Assembly: GCA_030770535.1 (NCBI GenBank)
Contig: JASVEC010000177.1
Span: forward strand, 1-36,061
Length of the DNA: 36,061 nt
Reading direction: 5' to 3'
DNA from: Batkoa obscura
Taxonomy: Eukaryota
A program made the translations under genes and the position numbers. Each line of letters opens with the position of its first letter. Position 1 is the first letter of the stretch. The notes below the pieces were generated by a model. It was not told where the DNA came from, searched no databases, and worked only from the letters and a program-made list of their open reading frames with translations. Of this stretch, positions 23,426 through 36,061 are shown in pieces.

Positions 23426-26400
23426 ATGTCACTTAATGGTTTATTTTTCGGTAATATTGATGAGGAAGGCAATTTAGAAACCGATTTGGATAAGGTAAGT
23501 AGTTGAATTATTAGTGAACATATCAAAGCAAGAAATGTAATAATGCTAACTTCATTTATTTCAGGAAGTAGCCGAAAGTCTACAAAAAATGGAAGAGAGT
23601 GGAGCGAGTCATTTACTTGGTGAAATGTTCTCCGTTTCTGGTCTTGGTATTGATAGTAAAAGCTTAAAAAAAACAGAGGAAGAAGAAGAAGAATGGAGCC
23701 TTAGTAAACAAAATAAATTAAAATTGCATGAAATTAAACCTATGGAGGGTGCAATGGATTATTCTGATTTCATAGAATTGGCAGAAGATACAGAAAGAGA
23801 TGAAGAATTATATCAAAAAGGTTTACAAAGTTTGAAAAAGGAGAAACAAGAGGAAGATTATGACGAGGATTATGATGATATTGATGATGAACAGAAAGTA
23901 CATGAAAAATTAGATAAAAAAGAAGTAAATAAGAAAGAAGAAAATAAAAAAGTGGACTCAATTACCAGTGCAATTATAACTCAAGATAAACCAACAGAAA
24001 TAATTAAAGAAAAAGATTTAACCTTTGAAGAAGTTAAAAAAGCGTATCCAGCTTTTGAGCCTCATGGTATATTAAAATTTACGGATCTATTCGCTAATCC
24101 GAATTTTAAAAATCAGAAATATCCATTGAATTTTGCTAAAAAAGTGACTAATAATTTGGCTAAAATAAAAAATCAATGTCCTACTATTACTAAAGAAATT
24201 GATGATCAATTGCTATTTAATGCGGATTATGAACCTCAGTCATCCCCTAATTTGTTAAATCATTTAATTGAAATTTGTATGGAAAGTGAACTGCAAAGGA
24301 ATCCACCTGTCGTCGATGAAACAATTTCTGTAAGTATTAAATTTTAATTATAGCAATAATATATTTATTATTTAATTAGGAAGTTAATGATGAAGTACTA
24401 ATGAATAGTAATATACCGGACTATTATGATCCATTAGAATTAGAAGATTGGGAAAATAAAATTGTATGGGATATTAGTGAAAAGTAAATCGAATTATTAT
24501 AAATAAAAAATAAATGATACTAATTAATTTAATAGTAATAAACAACAGCAACATAAAGAAGAAAATGATATAGTAATTTAATTTTATTAATAATCAATCA
24601 ACAATAATTCGATTTTTTTAAATAGAAAAATACACTAGGTTTTTATAATCAGGAATTAAATGAAGGCAATTGGGAAAAAAATATAGCATGGGATGAAGAA
24701 CAAGCGAAAAAAGTGAATTACCCATTAATATTAGATTTAAATGATTCAAATATGTTATTTGAAATAGCGAATCAAGAAAAGAATCCAGAAAATAAGGGGG
24801 ATGAAACTAGTTTATTACGTATGCGATTATTAAAGAAAGCACGTAAGATGGGGATTACGGGTATCTCTTTGTTGGGCAAAAACGTGGCACGAGATCAATT
24901 AGATAAATTTAATTTATCGAATGATTTATATTATGAAGCTATTAAATCGGGCAAAGCACAAAAAATTCGACAAACTTTTGGTCAAATTATTATTCAACAT
25001 GCAGGGGTAGCTCAACGTCTTCAGCCTCCTTTTTTTAAAACACGATTGACTAAAAATGATTTAAGAAGATGGCATAGGCCCCCAATTCATTTCCCTATTG
25101 GTATTGAGTTGAAATGTATGCCCTCGAAAAAAGTTAAAAAGAAAAAAATGAAGTTGAAAGCTAAAGAGGAATTTATGCAAAAACATAGAGAAGTTACTTT
25201 GAAAGATGATACTCCTTTTGTTTTAGTTGAATATAGTGTGAGTTATCTTTATTAATTATAAATTCAATAAATAGGTTGAATTAATCAGTTAATTAATAGG
25301 AAGAATATCCACCTATTATACAAAATTGTGGTATGGGATCCTTATTAGTGAACTATTATCGTAAAAAAGATAAAGATGATGATTATATTCATGATGTAAG
25401 AATTAAAATTAAAATTTTGATTTGATAATATTACTAATAAATAATATTAAAAAATATAGCCCGATGTTGGGGAACCCATAATTTTAGAACCTACGGATGT
25501 ATCTCCTTTTATGAATTTTGGGGATGTTGAGCCAGGGGAATTTAAAATGAGTTTATATAATAATTTATTAAAAGCACCTGTATTTCATCATAAACCTAAA
25601 GCTACAGATTTTTTATTAATTCGGTAAAAAATGGAATGTTTTGTTATTATAAATAATATTAATTAATTTATTTCTTTAGTCATTCCATTAATGGGAAAAG
25701 TAAATATTTCATTCGAGAATTAACGGATTTATATGTGGCTGGTCAAACTTATCCTCAACAAGATGTACCAGGTCCTCATTCTAGAAGAATCACTACAACT
25801 ATTAAAAATCGACTTCAAGTAAGTTTATTATTATTATTATTATAGTTGAAATATGTCCAAATTTAATTAATATAATTTAATATGCTAGGTAGCTGCTTTT
25901 CGATTAATAAGAGCTAGTGCTAAGCGACATTTAAAAATCCAAAAATTGGCTAAATATTTCCCAGAATACAATGAAAGTCAAATACGTACTAAATTAAAAG
26001 TAATTAGTTTTTAGTTTATAAGAAATAGTAGTATGTAAGTAATATCTAATATTAATATTAGGAATTTGCTGAGTATTCGAGATCTGGACCAAGTGTTGGT
26101 TATTGGAAATTAAGACCTAATGTTACTTTACCAACAGAAGAAGAATTAACTAAAATGTGTACACCAGAAATGGTAATTTTTATTCAATTAAATAATATTA
26201 GTAATTTTTAAAAAAGAATTAACAATTAATAATCTTTAATAAGTTATGTTTATTTGAATCCATGCTAGTTGGGAAACGGCATTTACAAGATGCAGGGTAT
26301 GGAAAATCAGCAGAACAAGAAGATGATGAAAATGAATTATCTTTAACTATTGAAGAACAATTAGCGCCTTGGATTACTACTAGAAATTTTATTAATGCAA

Positions 26401-27773
26401 CGCAGGTAAAATAGAATTATCGTTAAAAGATAAGAGCGATAATAATATAATAAAACATATTTAGGGTAAAGCTATGTTAAAATTATATGGTGAGGGGGAT
26501 CCTACTGGTCGTGGAGAAGGATTTTCATTTGTCAGAGTCTCTATGAAAGATATCTTTTTAAGAGCTGGTGAAAAAGCTGAAGAAAAATTAGGTAAACATT
26601 TATAATTTATATTATTTATTAACAATAATTAACAATAATTAGCTGAAATTGAAGCTCGACCTAAAAGTGCTCATCGATATAATGTTGCTGAACAACAAAA
26701 AATTTATAGGGAAGAAGTAAATTTGAAGTTTTATAGAAAGAATACTTATATTAATGAGAGATTATTTAAACTTAGATAACTAGAATTTGGGATACTCAGA
26801 ATGCATTTTTAGCTAATACGGATGATTTTCAATTAACTGAAGAGGATAGTGATGAAGATATTGTAGGTCATCAGCCGGTAAGTTTTAAGATAACATTTGT
26901 ATTAGAATAACGATCAATAATTTAACCCATATTAATATTAATATGTTATTTGACCTGAATTATTATTTTATTAGAATTCTCTATTTCTTAAAAGAGACCC
27001 CAGTTTAGATTTAAGAACAGCCAAATCTTCCCGTCAATCTTCAGTTTCGCCAAAGCACATTGAATCACCATTTGAAACTGGGTCTATTGCAGGCACAAAT
27101 AATTTAGAAGATGATATCTCAGTAGCTGGTTCTATTGGTTCGAATAAATCGGAATTAAGTAAAAAGAAAGTGTTGATTGTTAAAAGATTAGTGAGTTTTT
27201 CGATTAAAAGCTCATAGTTAATGGGGGTATTAATGAGGTATTATTAGGTACGTAAAATGGGTCAAGAAGAATGGGTTACGGAAAAAATTACACACCCGGC
27301 CGTTATTAAAGCGTATATGAGGAGAAGGGACACAATTAGAAATCCAAAATTGAAGTAAATTAATATTAATACAAACAAGAATTTATATCAATGCATTAAT
27401 ATATTATTTAGTGAACCAATATCTGTCGATGAATTGAGAAAAAGGTAAATTAATTTTATATATTTATATTTTAATAAAATCATTAAATTATAATATGATT
27501 AACAGAACCGCGGATCAACTTGTTAAAGTTAAAAATTCAAAAGAAAGAAGATTAAATAAATTAAAAGCACAGGAAGCTACTCAAGGTGGTACTATTCCTT
27601 CTCATTTAGCCCCAAGGGGTAAAAAAGAATTGATTGTAAGCAGAATTTATTGAATGGATTTTTGTTGTATATTAATTATAATTACTTTATTTTAGCGTAA
27701 ATGTGGCAATTGTGGTGAATTGGGTCATATGAAAACAAATCGTAAATGTCCAAAATATCATGAGTTTAATTAA
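23426..27773 (+). CDS. TAF1: TFIID subunit 1 (fungal type, no bromodomains)
   Basis: TAND-like start MSLNGLFFGNIDEEGNL. DUF3591 motifs DKFNLSNDLYY, LRRWHRP, LVEYS|EEYPP, VPGPHSRR, LAPWITTRNF and GEGDPTGRGEGFSF. C-terminal Zn knuckle KCGNCGELGHMKTNRKCP. Many introns. Confidence 0.96.
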
Positions 27774-28062
27774 AGTAAGAAACAATGTTTTTAATGGATA
27801 AGTGGGATTGGATGTGAGTAAGGAATTTATTTTTAAAAAAAAGTAATGCTTTTAAATTATTAAAAAATAATTGAATAAAATTTTCTATTTTCATTAAACT
27901 ATTTTTATAAAATTAAAGTTAAAATTAAATTTTTAATACTATTTTTATTTTAAATGCAATAAAAATAGTTAATAAAAAAGAGAATGAAAAATAATAACTA
28001 ATCTATCTATAAAAAAGTATCACCAACTTCATATTGTCTTACAACTCCGCTTTCTTTTTAAC

Positions 28063-31000
28063 TTATTCAGTAATTGCTAAATTCAATTTAATATTCATAG
28101 CCATTAATTCAGTAGCTAAAAATCTAAATACATAAGGTATAGCAATTAAATCAATGGAAGAATTTTCTAAACAAGTACGGCATTGTAAATGACGTTTGTT
28201 ATTTAACTTGTTATTACTAATCGATAATGTTGATAAAAAGGAACCACATGTACGGCAAACATAAACCTAATAAAATAATAATAATTAAAAAAAATTAAAA
28301 AAAGTAAAAAAATAAAAACTATTTTACCTGAGAATAATCCGAACAATTCATTAATCTATCTTGTAATAAAAAGGAAACTCCATGAGCCAATAAAGAATCT
28401 CTTTCCATCTCACCAAATCGAATACCACCTGCCCTCTTTCTCCCTTTAATTGGTTGTTGAGTTAATGCATGAACAGGGCCAGTTGCTCTCACTTGGTATT
28501 TATCTGAAACCATATGTCTTAAACGTTGGTAATAGACCACCTAATAACAAATAAATAAATAGTAACAATAAATGATAAGATCACTTACTCCAAGATAAAT
28601 ATCCACTTTGAATTCTTCACCAGTAATACCCGAATACATTGGTTCATTACCATAATAATTATAACCTGCTTTAATCAATTGTTCACCAAAATAATCTGTT
28701 GCTGTGTCTTTTTCATTAAATGTAAATGGTGTAGCATCTTGTTCTAAACCATGTAAAGCTCCTGCTTTACCTGCCATACTTTCAACAAACATACCGATAG
28801 TCATTCGAGATGGGAAAGCATGTGGATTAATAATAATATCTGGCTGAATACCAGATTCTGAAAAGGGCATATCAATAGCTGGCCATTTTTGACTGCATAC
28901 ACCTTTTTGACCATGTCGAGATGAAAACTTATCGCCAATAATTGGAGATCTAGGTACCCGAAATTTAATGATTAATTTAGTTAATTCTCGATTACCCAAT
29001 GGACTACCAGTTAAAATGACGTCATCAATAATAGCATCTTCACTTGATTTATATTTAATAATCTTAGTTTTATTAGTAATATGGTTATGAACCGCATATA
29101 AAGCAGAACCAGTTGTTAATTTAGCCCCAATAAAAGGCAAACCGTCTTTATCTAATGTATCATTGATAGAAGGTGCTACTTTACTTCCAGGTGCAAATCC
29201 AAAATGTGCTGTTCTAACTTCACCTCGATTTAAATTTTCTTCCAAATCAATAACTTCTGTTTTATAAACAGTACCATAACCAAATCCTCTTTCATGAGAT
29301 GATTTATTTAATATCATAGCATCTTCCATATCATAACCAGTATATGAAATAACACATACAACGGCATTAGTGCCATTAGGAAATTCATCTAAAGCATAAT
29401 TATTATGTAATTTAGGACGAACAATTGGAGATTGTCCAGTTTGTAATCGATATAATTTATTATCAGTTCTATATTTTAATGCTTGTGCTGGTGTACCCAT
29501 AGTTTGTTTACCCATTTGACATTGATACATATTACGTGGACTTTGATTAAAATCCGAAAATGGAGTTAAATTAGCAACAACACTTAATATATTAGTTGGT
29601 GTATATTCAATGTGAGTAGTTATACCAGGTACAATATCTTCTTTCATACATGCAATTTCCATATAAACTTGCTCAAATGGTCCAATAATATCTTGTTTTC
29701 CATTTTCAATGTATTTAACTGGTCGTGTCATACGTGATGGTGATGAAAATAAATACAATCCAGGATATTGTCCACCATTACTTGGGGGTATATAACCAAT
29801 TTCTAAATCCAATGGTATATCATTAGATCCATTAATTTTGATTTTTCTTAATTGTTTAGCAATAAGTAATGCATCTTCTATATTACAATATCCAATTAAT
29901 TTACCATCTAATTGAACTGAAATTGAATCTTTTGTACCAGTATAAATACTAGTAATTGGTGTAACACCAAGGGTAACTAATACGTTTAATACATTATTAA
30001 CATTTGGAAATCTAGTAACAATGTGACATTTATGAGCTAAATGATTTAATAAACCACAAGGAGAACCATCCGGTGTATGTACTGGACATAAAAATCCCCA
30101 TGCTTCTGGTAATAATTTACGTACTGAGGTTGTCTTTAATTCAGCAAAGAAAGCACCACGATGAATACATTGAAAGTGAGAAATATAACGTAGAAAATTT
30201 AATTTTTCTGCAGCAATAACGTAACCTGCTACTTGCATTTGATCCAATCCAGATTTACTAACCAAATTTCCTGTTGCTAAAAAGAAATGTAATTTACTAC
30301 CAATATCTGAATTAATTCTGTTAATAATCGTATTGATATAATTTTTTTTCATTATATCCGCTGTACTATTTTTACGACGATGATCTAGAGTTAAAGCTAT
30401 TTTAATGTTATTTAAATAATCATCAATTCTTTCCTTTAAGATAGCATTATATAACTGACCACCCAATAAAACTTCGTGAAATTGAGGAGAATCTGGATTA
30501 TCTGCACAAACTTTACCTGCAGCTAAAGCATATAATTTACTAATCATATGAATTAATAAATTAAATTTATCAAGATTATTATTTAAATGAACAAATATCA
30601 AATCTTTTAATAATACTTTTCCAATTTCATGTAATGGTAAACCATCATCTACGTCCATAACTACTCGAAATTTACTAGCTAAATATTCCAAACATTGCTT
30701 ATTAGTAAACACATTATATTCTTTAAAACTTCTTAATAAAACTTCAACGCGATCAATTAAAAAGGAATTATCAATATCTTCTTTAACAATGGCATCAAAA
30801 ATATCTTTATCACTAACTTCTAAAAACGCTTTTAATACAATCATTGCTGGTACTAGGTATTCTTGTTTTCTATAATAAAATTTAACAACACAGTTACCAT
30901 CTGTAAGATAATGAACTGTAATTGTAGATGAAGTTTCATCATCTCTTACACATCTAATAACAGCACCATAATTAGAATAATTAGACCCACGATTACTGAA

Positions 31001-31647
31001 AGAAGGTCGAACTAATAAAGTTACCTAATAAAAAAAAGAATTAAATACTAGCTTAAAAAATAGTAAAACAATAAACTTACAATATTTCTTCTAGGTGCAA
31101 TTAACAAACGGATAATTTTTTCAATCCCATTAATAATAAAATAACCTCCCATTTCCTCGGATTCTTCATGTTTACTCACCAATTTTTTGGGTCCAAATTT
31201 ATACAAGTTACATTTACTTGATTTAATCATAATAGGAGCTTGGCCTAAAATTTTAGGTTCACTTATTATAGGTCCATCATTAATTTGATAACAAAGTTTA
31301 GCACTAATAGCACCAGCATAGGTAGTTCTTCTTTCTCTACATTCACTTGGATAAACCAATCGATCTGAAGAATATTTTTCTCGATCCGAAAGTACTGGAC
31401 GAGAAATACTAACATTTTCGATCCAAATTTTAATTCTATTCCCTTTAACTCGTTCTGTTAATGTACTACCATCATAAAATATTTTGGGTCGGATGTTTTT
31501 TATAGCAAGGTCAAGGATACCACGGGTATCATTAGGGCGATCACATGTAAAAATATTGTTAAAGCCTTCAATATGATGACGGGTAATGGTCTGTAAATCA
31601 GGGTATTGGAAATCATCACTTTGTGTGCTTGTGGTGTTCGGGGCCAT
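28063..31647 (-). CDS. RPA135: DNA-directed RNA polymerase I second-largest subunit
   Basis: [67 protein letters not shown] and [28 protein letters not shown] is Pol I-specific. Three short introns; last exon 28266-28063. Confidence 0.98.
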
Positions 31648-32048
31648 TTCTTTAATCTATAATATGGTTAAAATTAGAAAATAGAATTTTCTGGGCTATG
31701 AATGAAAATTTATGGGACTTTATAAATTTGATCCGAGGATTGAAATTTTGGGCAAAGATGTTATTCTGGATTTGCTTTTGAGAATAAGTTAAATTCATTA
31801 TAATCCAAGTCTTCGATTTTGGTTAACAATAATGATAATAAATCAAATATAGATACTATGAAATTTTTTTGTGATTAATAGCTTTTTTTTTACTACCAAT
31901 TAGTTTAAACATGATTTTTCTTACCTACCTTGAAGTTATAATCAAATAAAAAAATTATTATATACAATATAACTCTGGTCCAAATTGTTGATTTAGTCAT
32001 GCTTTAGTTTTCTCACTTCATTCTCTTAAAAGGCTTATTTTTAAAGCA

Positions 32049-32145
32049 ATGGGATATTTCGTTTAATAATTTTACTAACAATCTTTCCGCTCAAATAGCG
32101 CTTAAAAAATGGAAAGGGTAATGAAACCGAAAAAATATTCTCATA
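32049..32145 (+). mobile_element. MITE copy
   Basis: ATGGGATATTT...TTTTACTAACAATCTTTCCGCTCAAATAGCGCTTAAAAAATGGAAA...ATTCTCATA. Confidence 0.85.
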
Positions 32146-33406
32146 CCTTTTGGAAATATTTGAACTTGTTATATCAAGGATAAAGTAAAAATTGATGAAT
32201 AAGTTAAAATGCGCAAAGTGTTTAGCAATTTCAAAATAGTCAATTGTCAGTGCTTAATATCCTAATTTAAGAATTAAGTAATTATTTTCACAATAAATAT
32301 TAGTTTCAAAAACCTTGTACCTAGTTTATACGCTATTTATATTATTTTACAGAAGGATAAACAATACAAAATAGATGATGTCAATGCTCAAAGGTAGTTC
32401 ATAAAATAATGTTGTCAATTTATAATTTATTAGTTTAAGATAAAGCTAGCTCTTATTATACAATTTATGGTGGTATGATAATGATTAAATTTTAATGCAA
32501 ATACATCTATTGCAATTCTTTTTTAGCCTATTTAACGTCTTATTTAAGAAAAAAATCAATGTTAAAATATACTTAAATGATCAGCTATCAGAAAAATTGG
32601 GTATGCAAATAGACTACTTATAAAAACTATTGCCAAAAAGTTACAAAAGAGCTGCAACAGCTGCATTCAAATAACTTCACATTCGAGTGGACATCGAGTT
32701 TACAATTATTTTATTTCTTTTATAAATTATGTAATTGTTCATTAAAAATAAAATTTATACTAAATATCAGATAAAGTATTAGGACCAGGCTTTAAAAAAT
32801 CGTTTATACAAATTATTTAACTATAAAAGGTATCGTTAAATGGGTTTTTTAGAGGTAAAGCATATGTAGCCATCAATTTGTTGAACCTAAAATAGTGCAA
32901 TTTTAAATTAGTATTTTTTGACTGTTTGAGTTGAATTAAAGCCTAATTTTAAGCTGAGCGAATTGATACTACTGAGGGATTTTAAAAATGATAGTTTCAT
33001 TTTTGATAGCCAAGCTGTTAACATTTGCCATAGTTTACTTTTGAGCATTAATTGCTATACTGTCCTATCATTATAGTAGCATGTGAATAATCTTAGTTTA
33101 ATATAGCCGAATTTCGATATTTTTATATTTTCATTAACGATTTCAATTCATCCTAATTCCCTCGAATTTTGGTTTGATGATCTTTAAAATTCCATTTTTG
33201 GAAATTTTTTTTACTTTTATAACAAAATCGACAAGTTATTTAAAAATAATTGAAGATCGGGGATGTATATCAAAGAGCTTCACTAAAATCCAAGTCAATC
33301 AATAAAGAGGTTAATTTGAATTTTTTAAATCCTCTATTTTTTATTAATATTTTTCTATTTTCTATCTATATTTTTGAAGCCCGGTTGCTTCACGTTTTGA
33401 AAAAAA

Positions 33407-34877
33407 ATGAAACTTCAACTTACATGGATAATAATTGCTCTTTTATCAGGTCAAATTGCTTCTTTAGACCCAAAAGCAAAGATGTGAAAAATGAATCTTC
33501 AATAAAAGATAAAAATACTGTAAAAGAATTAGCAAACAATAAAGAGCCTCAAGTTTCTCCTCAATTTGGCGCTCAAGGTCAATTTGGTGCTCAAGACTCA
33601 TTTGGTGGCCATGCTCAATTTGGTGAAGCTCAAGGGCAGTTTAGCGGAATGGATCAATTTGGAGGAGGTCAAGACCAATTCGGGGGAGCTCAAGGACAGT
33701 TTGGAGGAGGCCAAGGGCAGTTTGGCGGAATAGATCAATTTGGAGGAGGTCAAGACCAATTCGGAGGGGCTCAAGGACAATTTGGAGGAGGTCAAGACCA
33801 ATTCGGGGGAGCTCAAGGACAATTTGGAGGAGGTCAAGGACAGTTTGGCGGGATAGATCAATTTGGAGGAGGCCAAGACCAATTCGCAGGGGCTCAAGGA
33901 CAATTTGGAGGAGGTCAAGACCAATTCGGAGGGGCTCAAGGACAATTTGGAGGAGGTCAAGACAATTCGGCGGGATAGATCAATTTGGAGGAGGTCAAGA
34001 CCAATTCGGAGGGGCTCAAGGACAATTTGGAGGAGGTCAAGACCAATTCGGAGGGGCTCAAGGACAATTTGGAGGAGGTCAAGACCAATTCGGGGAGGTC
34101 AAGGACAATTTGGAGGAGGTCAAGGACAATTTGGAGGAGGTCAAGACCAATTCGGAGGGGCTCAAGGACAATTTGGAGGAGGTCAAGGCAATTCGGAGGA
34201 GGTCAAGGACAATTTGGTGGTCAAGGACAGTTTGGAGGAGCACAAGGCCAATTTGGTGGTGGACAAAATCTTCCAAGAGGGTCCACCAAACCTCCACCAA
34301 ACGGTTTAGTAAGTCCAAACCAGCTTCCACCTAGGATTTTAAAATTCTTTGGCTCTTATGGAAACAAAGGAGGTCTTATTGATGTGTTCACTGAGGATGA
34401 TGTACCAAAAAGTATATGGGATGGCAAAATTGGAAACCGCCCAGGTAATAATTAATCCACTATTTTAATACTGTATTAACATATTTAGATGGAACTTATC
34501 AAAGAAACCGCCTATCAAGATCACTTTATATTGGAAAGATTAGAATTCCTTATGGTGCAAGAGGCTGCTCAACTAATATTTTTGAATGGGCTTTCAAACA
34601 TACTCTTACTCATCTTACCCAAGATATTATCGATCTTTTAAACATGTCGCTCCATGGAGATATTAATAGTTTAGCTATCTGGTTGTCAGAATTCGGATTC
34701 ATGCATAGTGTTGGACTTATTGAGGATGTCTTTAATCTAGTTAACCCAGTGAATCTTGCCAATACCGTTTTTCAATTTGCTGGTGGTAAAAAAGAAGGTT
34801 TTTGTCTTGCAGGTACTGTAGAGTCTTTTGAAAATTACAGACGTAAAAAAGCTTTAGGATTAAGGAATGTTACTTAG
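33407..34877 (+). CDS. Secreted Gly/Gln/Phe-rich repeat protein with an unrecognised C-terminal domain; four apparent -1 frameshifts
   Basis: ATG 33407 gives signal peptide MKLQLTWIIIALLSGQIASL. The frame shifts at ~33475, ~33961, ~34093 and ~34189. Intron 34445-34488 joins in frame to an exon containing ORF 34644-34877. Confidence 0.75.
33562..34266 (+). repeat. Coding 21-bp minisatellite, unit CAA-GGA/GAC-CAA-TTY-GGA-GGR-GGT/GCT (Q-G/D-Q-F-G-G-G/A)
   Basis: About 30 tandem heptapeptide units, with higher-order blocks restarting at (M/I)DQFGG. Confidence 0.95.
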
Positions 34878-34996
34878 CTAGTAAACTAAACTTACTAAGA
34901 ATTTTAAATAAAATAGTTCAAAGTTATTCAAGACTATTCATGAATATTAATAGTTTTTAAATATTGTTTAAACATCAAACTTTAAGATCAACAATA

Positions 34997-35098
34997 TATG
35001 GGGATATATTTTTTTATTCAAGAATTTTACTAACAATCTTTCTGCTCAAATAGTGCTTAAAAAATGGAAAAATAATGAAACTAAAAAACAGCCCCATA
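34997..35098 (+). mobile_element. MITE copy abutting the GFA stop codon
   Basis: TATGGGGATATATTTTT...AAAAAACAGCCCCATA. Confidence 0.88.
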
Positions 35099-35099
35099 T

Positions 35100-35603
35100 T
35101 TATTTGAAATTCTTTTTATGCCAATTTTCAATTGAATCTGTTGGATAATCATTATATAGGCTACATTTACTAGAGTTAGAATCTGGAATAGAAACCCATG
35201 AGGCTTTAGAGTTTAATTTTATATGGCAAATGTTGTAATCACCTTCGTTTGGCAACTCTGAATCAATAGCAGAAGCGAAAGGATAAAAATAGTCTTTATA
35301 TGTCGGATCATATGCCCAAAGGTTGGAGCTACAATTACCACAAAAATAACGAGTGTTCCCACTAACTTTCTGCTTCTCTGTTGAATCGTTATAGTTCATG
35401 ATAGCTTTGTAACCTTTGAGTTCTATACCTTTATTTACTTCATATTCTAAGGTTGAGTATGCTCCCATTATATTTATTGCATAACCTCCACCGCCTTGTA
35501 CTTTTCGACATATGGAACAATAGCATCGATTATATGGGACTGGAGTACTACTAGTGAATGTAAACTTTATTCCTTTACAGTGACAAGATCCTTCCAATTT
35601 CAT
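35100..35603 (-). CDS. GFA (glutathione-dependent formaldehyde-activating)/CENP-V/Mss4-like zinc protein
   Basis: Intronless 167 aa. GSCHC, CYCSICRK and RYFCGNCSS motifs, plus FASAIDSELP. Confidence 0.92.
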   Translation of the reverse strand: MKLEGSCHCKGIKFTFTSSTPVPYNRCYCSICRKVQGGGGYAINIMGAYSTLEYEVNKGIELKGYKAIMNYNDSTEKQKVSGNTRYFCGNCSSNLWAYDPTYKDYFYPFASAIDSELPNEGDYNICHIKLNSKASWVSIPDSNSSKCSLYNDYPTDSIENWHKKNFK

Positions 35604-35963
35604 ATTAGAAAAAGACTTAAAATAGTTTTAAAAGCCTATACAAATCAAATTAAATTTGGTTTATATATTGTTCGAATCAATTACGTGTTGTTGTCATCTA
35701 TTGGCCTTTCAAAATTAAAGCGCAATTGGGCTAATATTTACAGAATTTATTTACACCATCTTCAAAAAAAGGGTATACTCTAGAAAAAAAGTTACATATT
35801 TGATAAAAAAACCTAATCAACTTGGTTGGTATTAAAAAGATGAATAGTCAAAAATTCCAAAAATTAGCCTTGAGGCAAAAAAATGGCTCAAGCAAAAAAA
35901 CGCTAACTAAATTAAATCGTTAGATCAAATAACTTTAATTTAATCAATATATTTAAAATACAA

Positions 35964-36060
35964 TATGGGGCTGTATTTTTTTAAGAGTTTTACTAACAAT
36001 CTTTCTACCTAAGTAGCACTTAAAAAATGAAGAGTAACGAAATCAAAAAAAGATCCCATA
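35964..36060 (+). mobile_element. MITE copy
   Basis: TATGGGGCTGTATTTTT...AAAAAAGATCCCATA. Confidence 0.85.
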
Positions 36061-36061
36061 A

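Noticed and set aside
33598..34334. Repeat ORFs reading MEEVKTNSEGLKDNL / TSSKLSLS / RRSRTIW
   Set aside because: Alternative frames and antisense of the 21-bp GQFGG minisatellite.
1..36061. Genome-wide UGA reassignment
   Set aside because: I noticed no other in-frame TGA in the conserved genes; Cys uses TGT/TGC and Trp uses TGG; TGA appears to terminate the 8415 gene.
1..36061. tRNA/rRNA/snRNA genes or telomeric repeats
   Set aside because: None recognised by eye. tRNAscan-SE and Infernal would be needed to exclude them.

Overview
Very AT-rich eukaryotic genomic DNA with short (mostly ~45-90 nt) GT-AG introns. The gene content is fungal, and an early-diverging lineage such as Zoopagomycota is my inference. 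I can support 11 protein genes, in order: an Ecm33/Sps2-type GPI wall protein, a Cys-rich GPI protein with an in-frame TGA, ALG11, ECO1, an unknown 3-exon gene, an intronless CqsA/LqsA-like PLP-dependent alpha-oxoamine synthase ending in SKL, a peroxisomal acyl-CoA oxidase ending in PKL, TAF1, RNA polymerase I subunit RPA135, a secreted GQFGG-repeat protein and a GFA/Mss4-like Zn protein. About 17 full or partial copies of one ~100-bp MITE family lie in the intergenic DNA. The standout is the enzyme resembling the bacterial quorum-sensing (CAI-1/LAI-1) synthase. It carries a peroxisomal targeting signal and sits head-to-head with the acyl-CoA oxidase, and the pair is bracketed by ~550-bp near-identical direct repeats. 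Five single-base (-1) frameshifts suggest imperfect assembly polishing, so single-base claims need checking against reads. Family assignments come from my recall of motifs; no searches were run.
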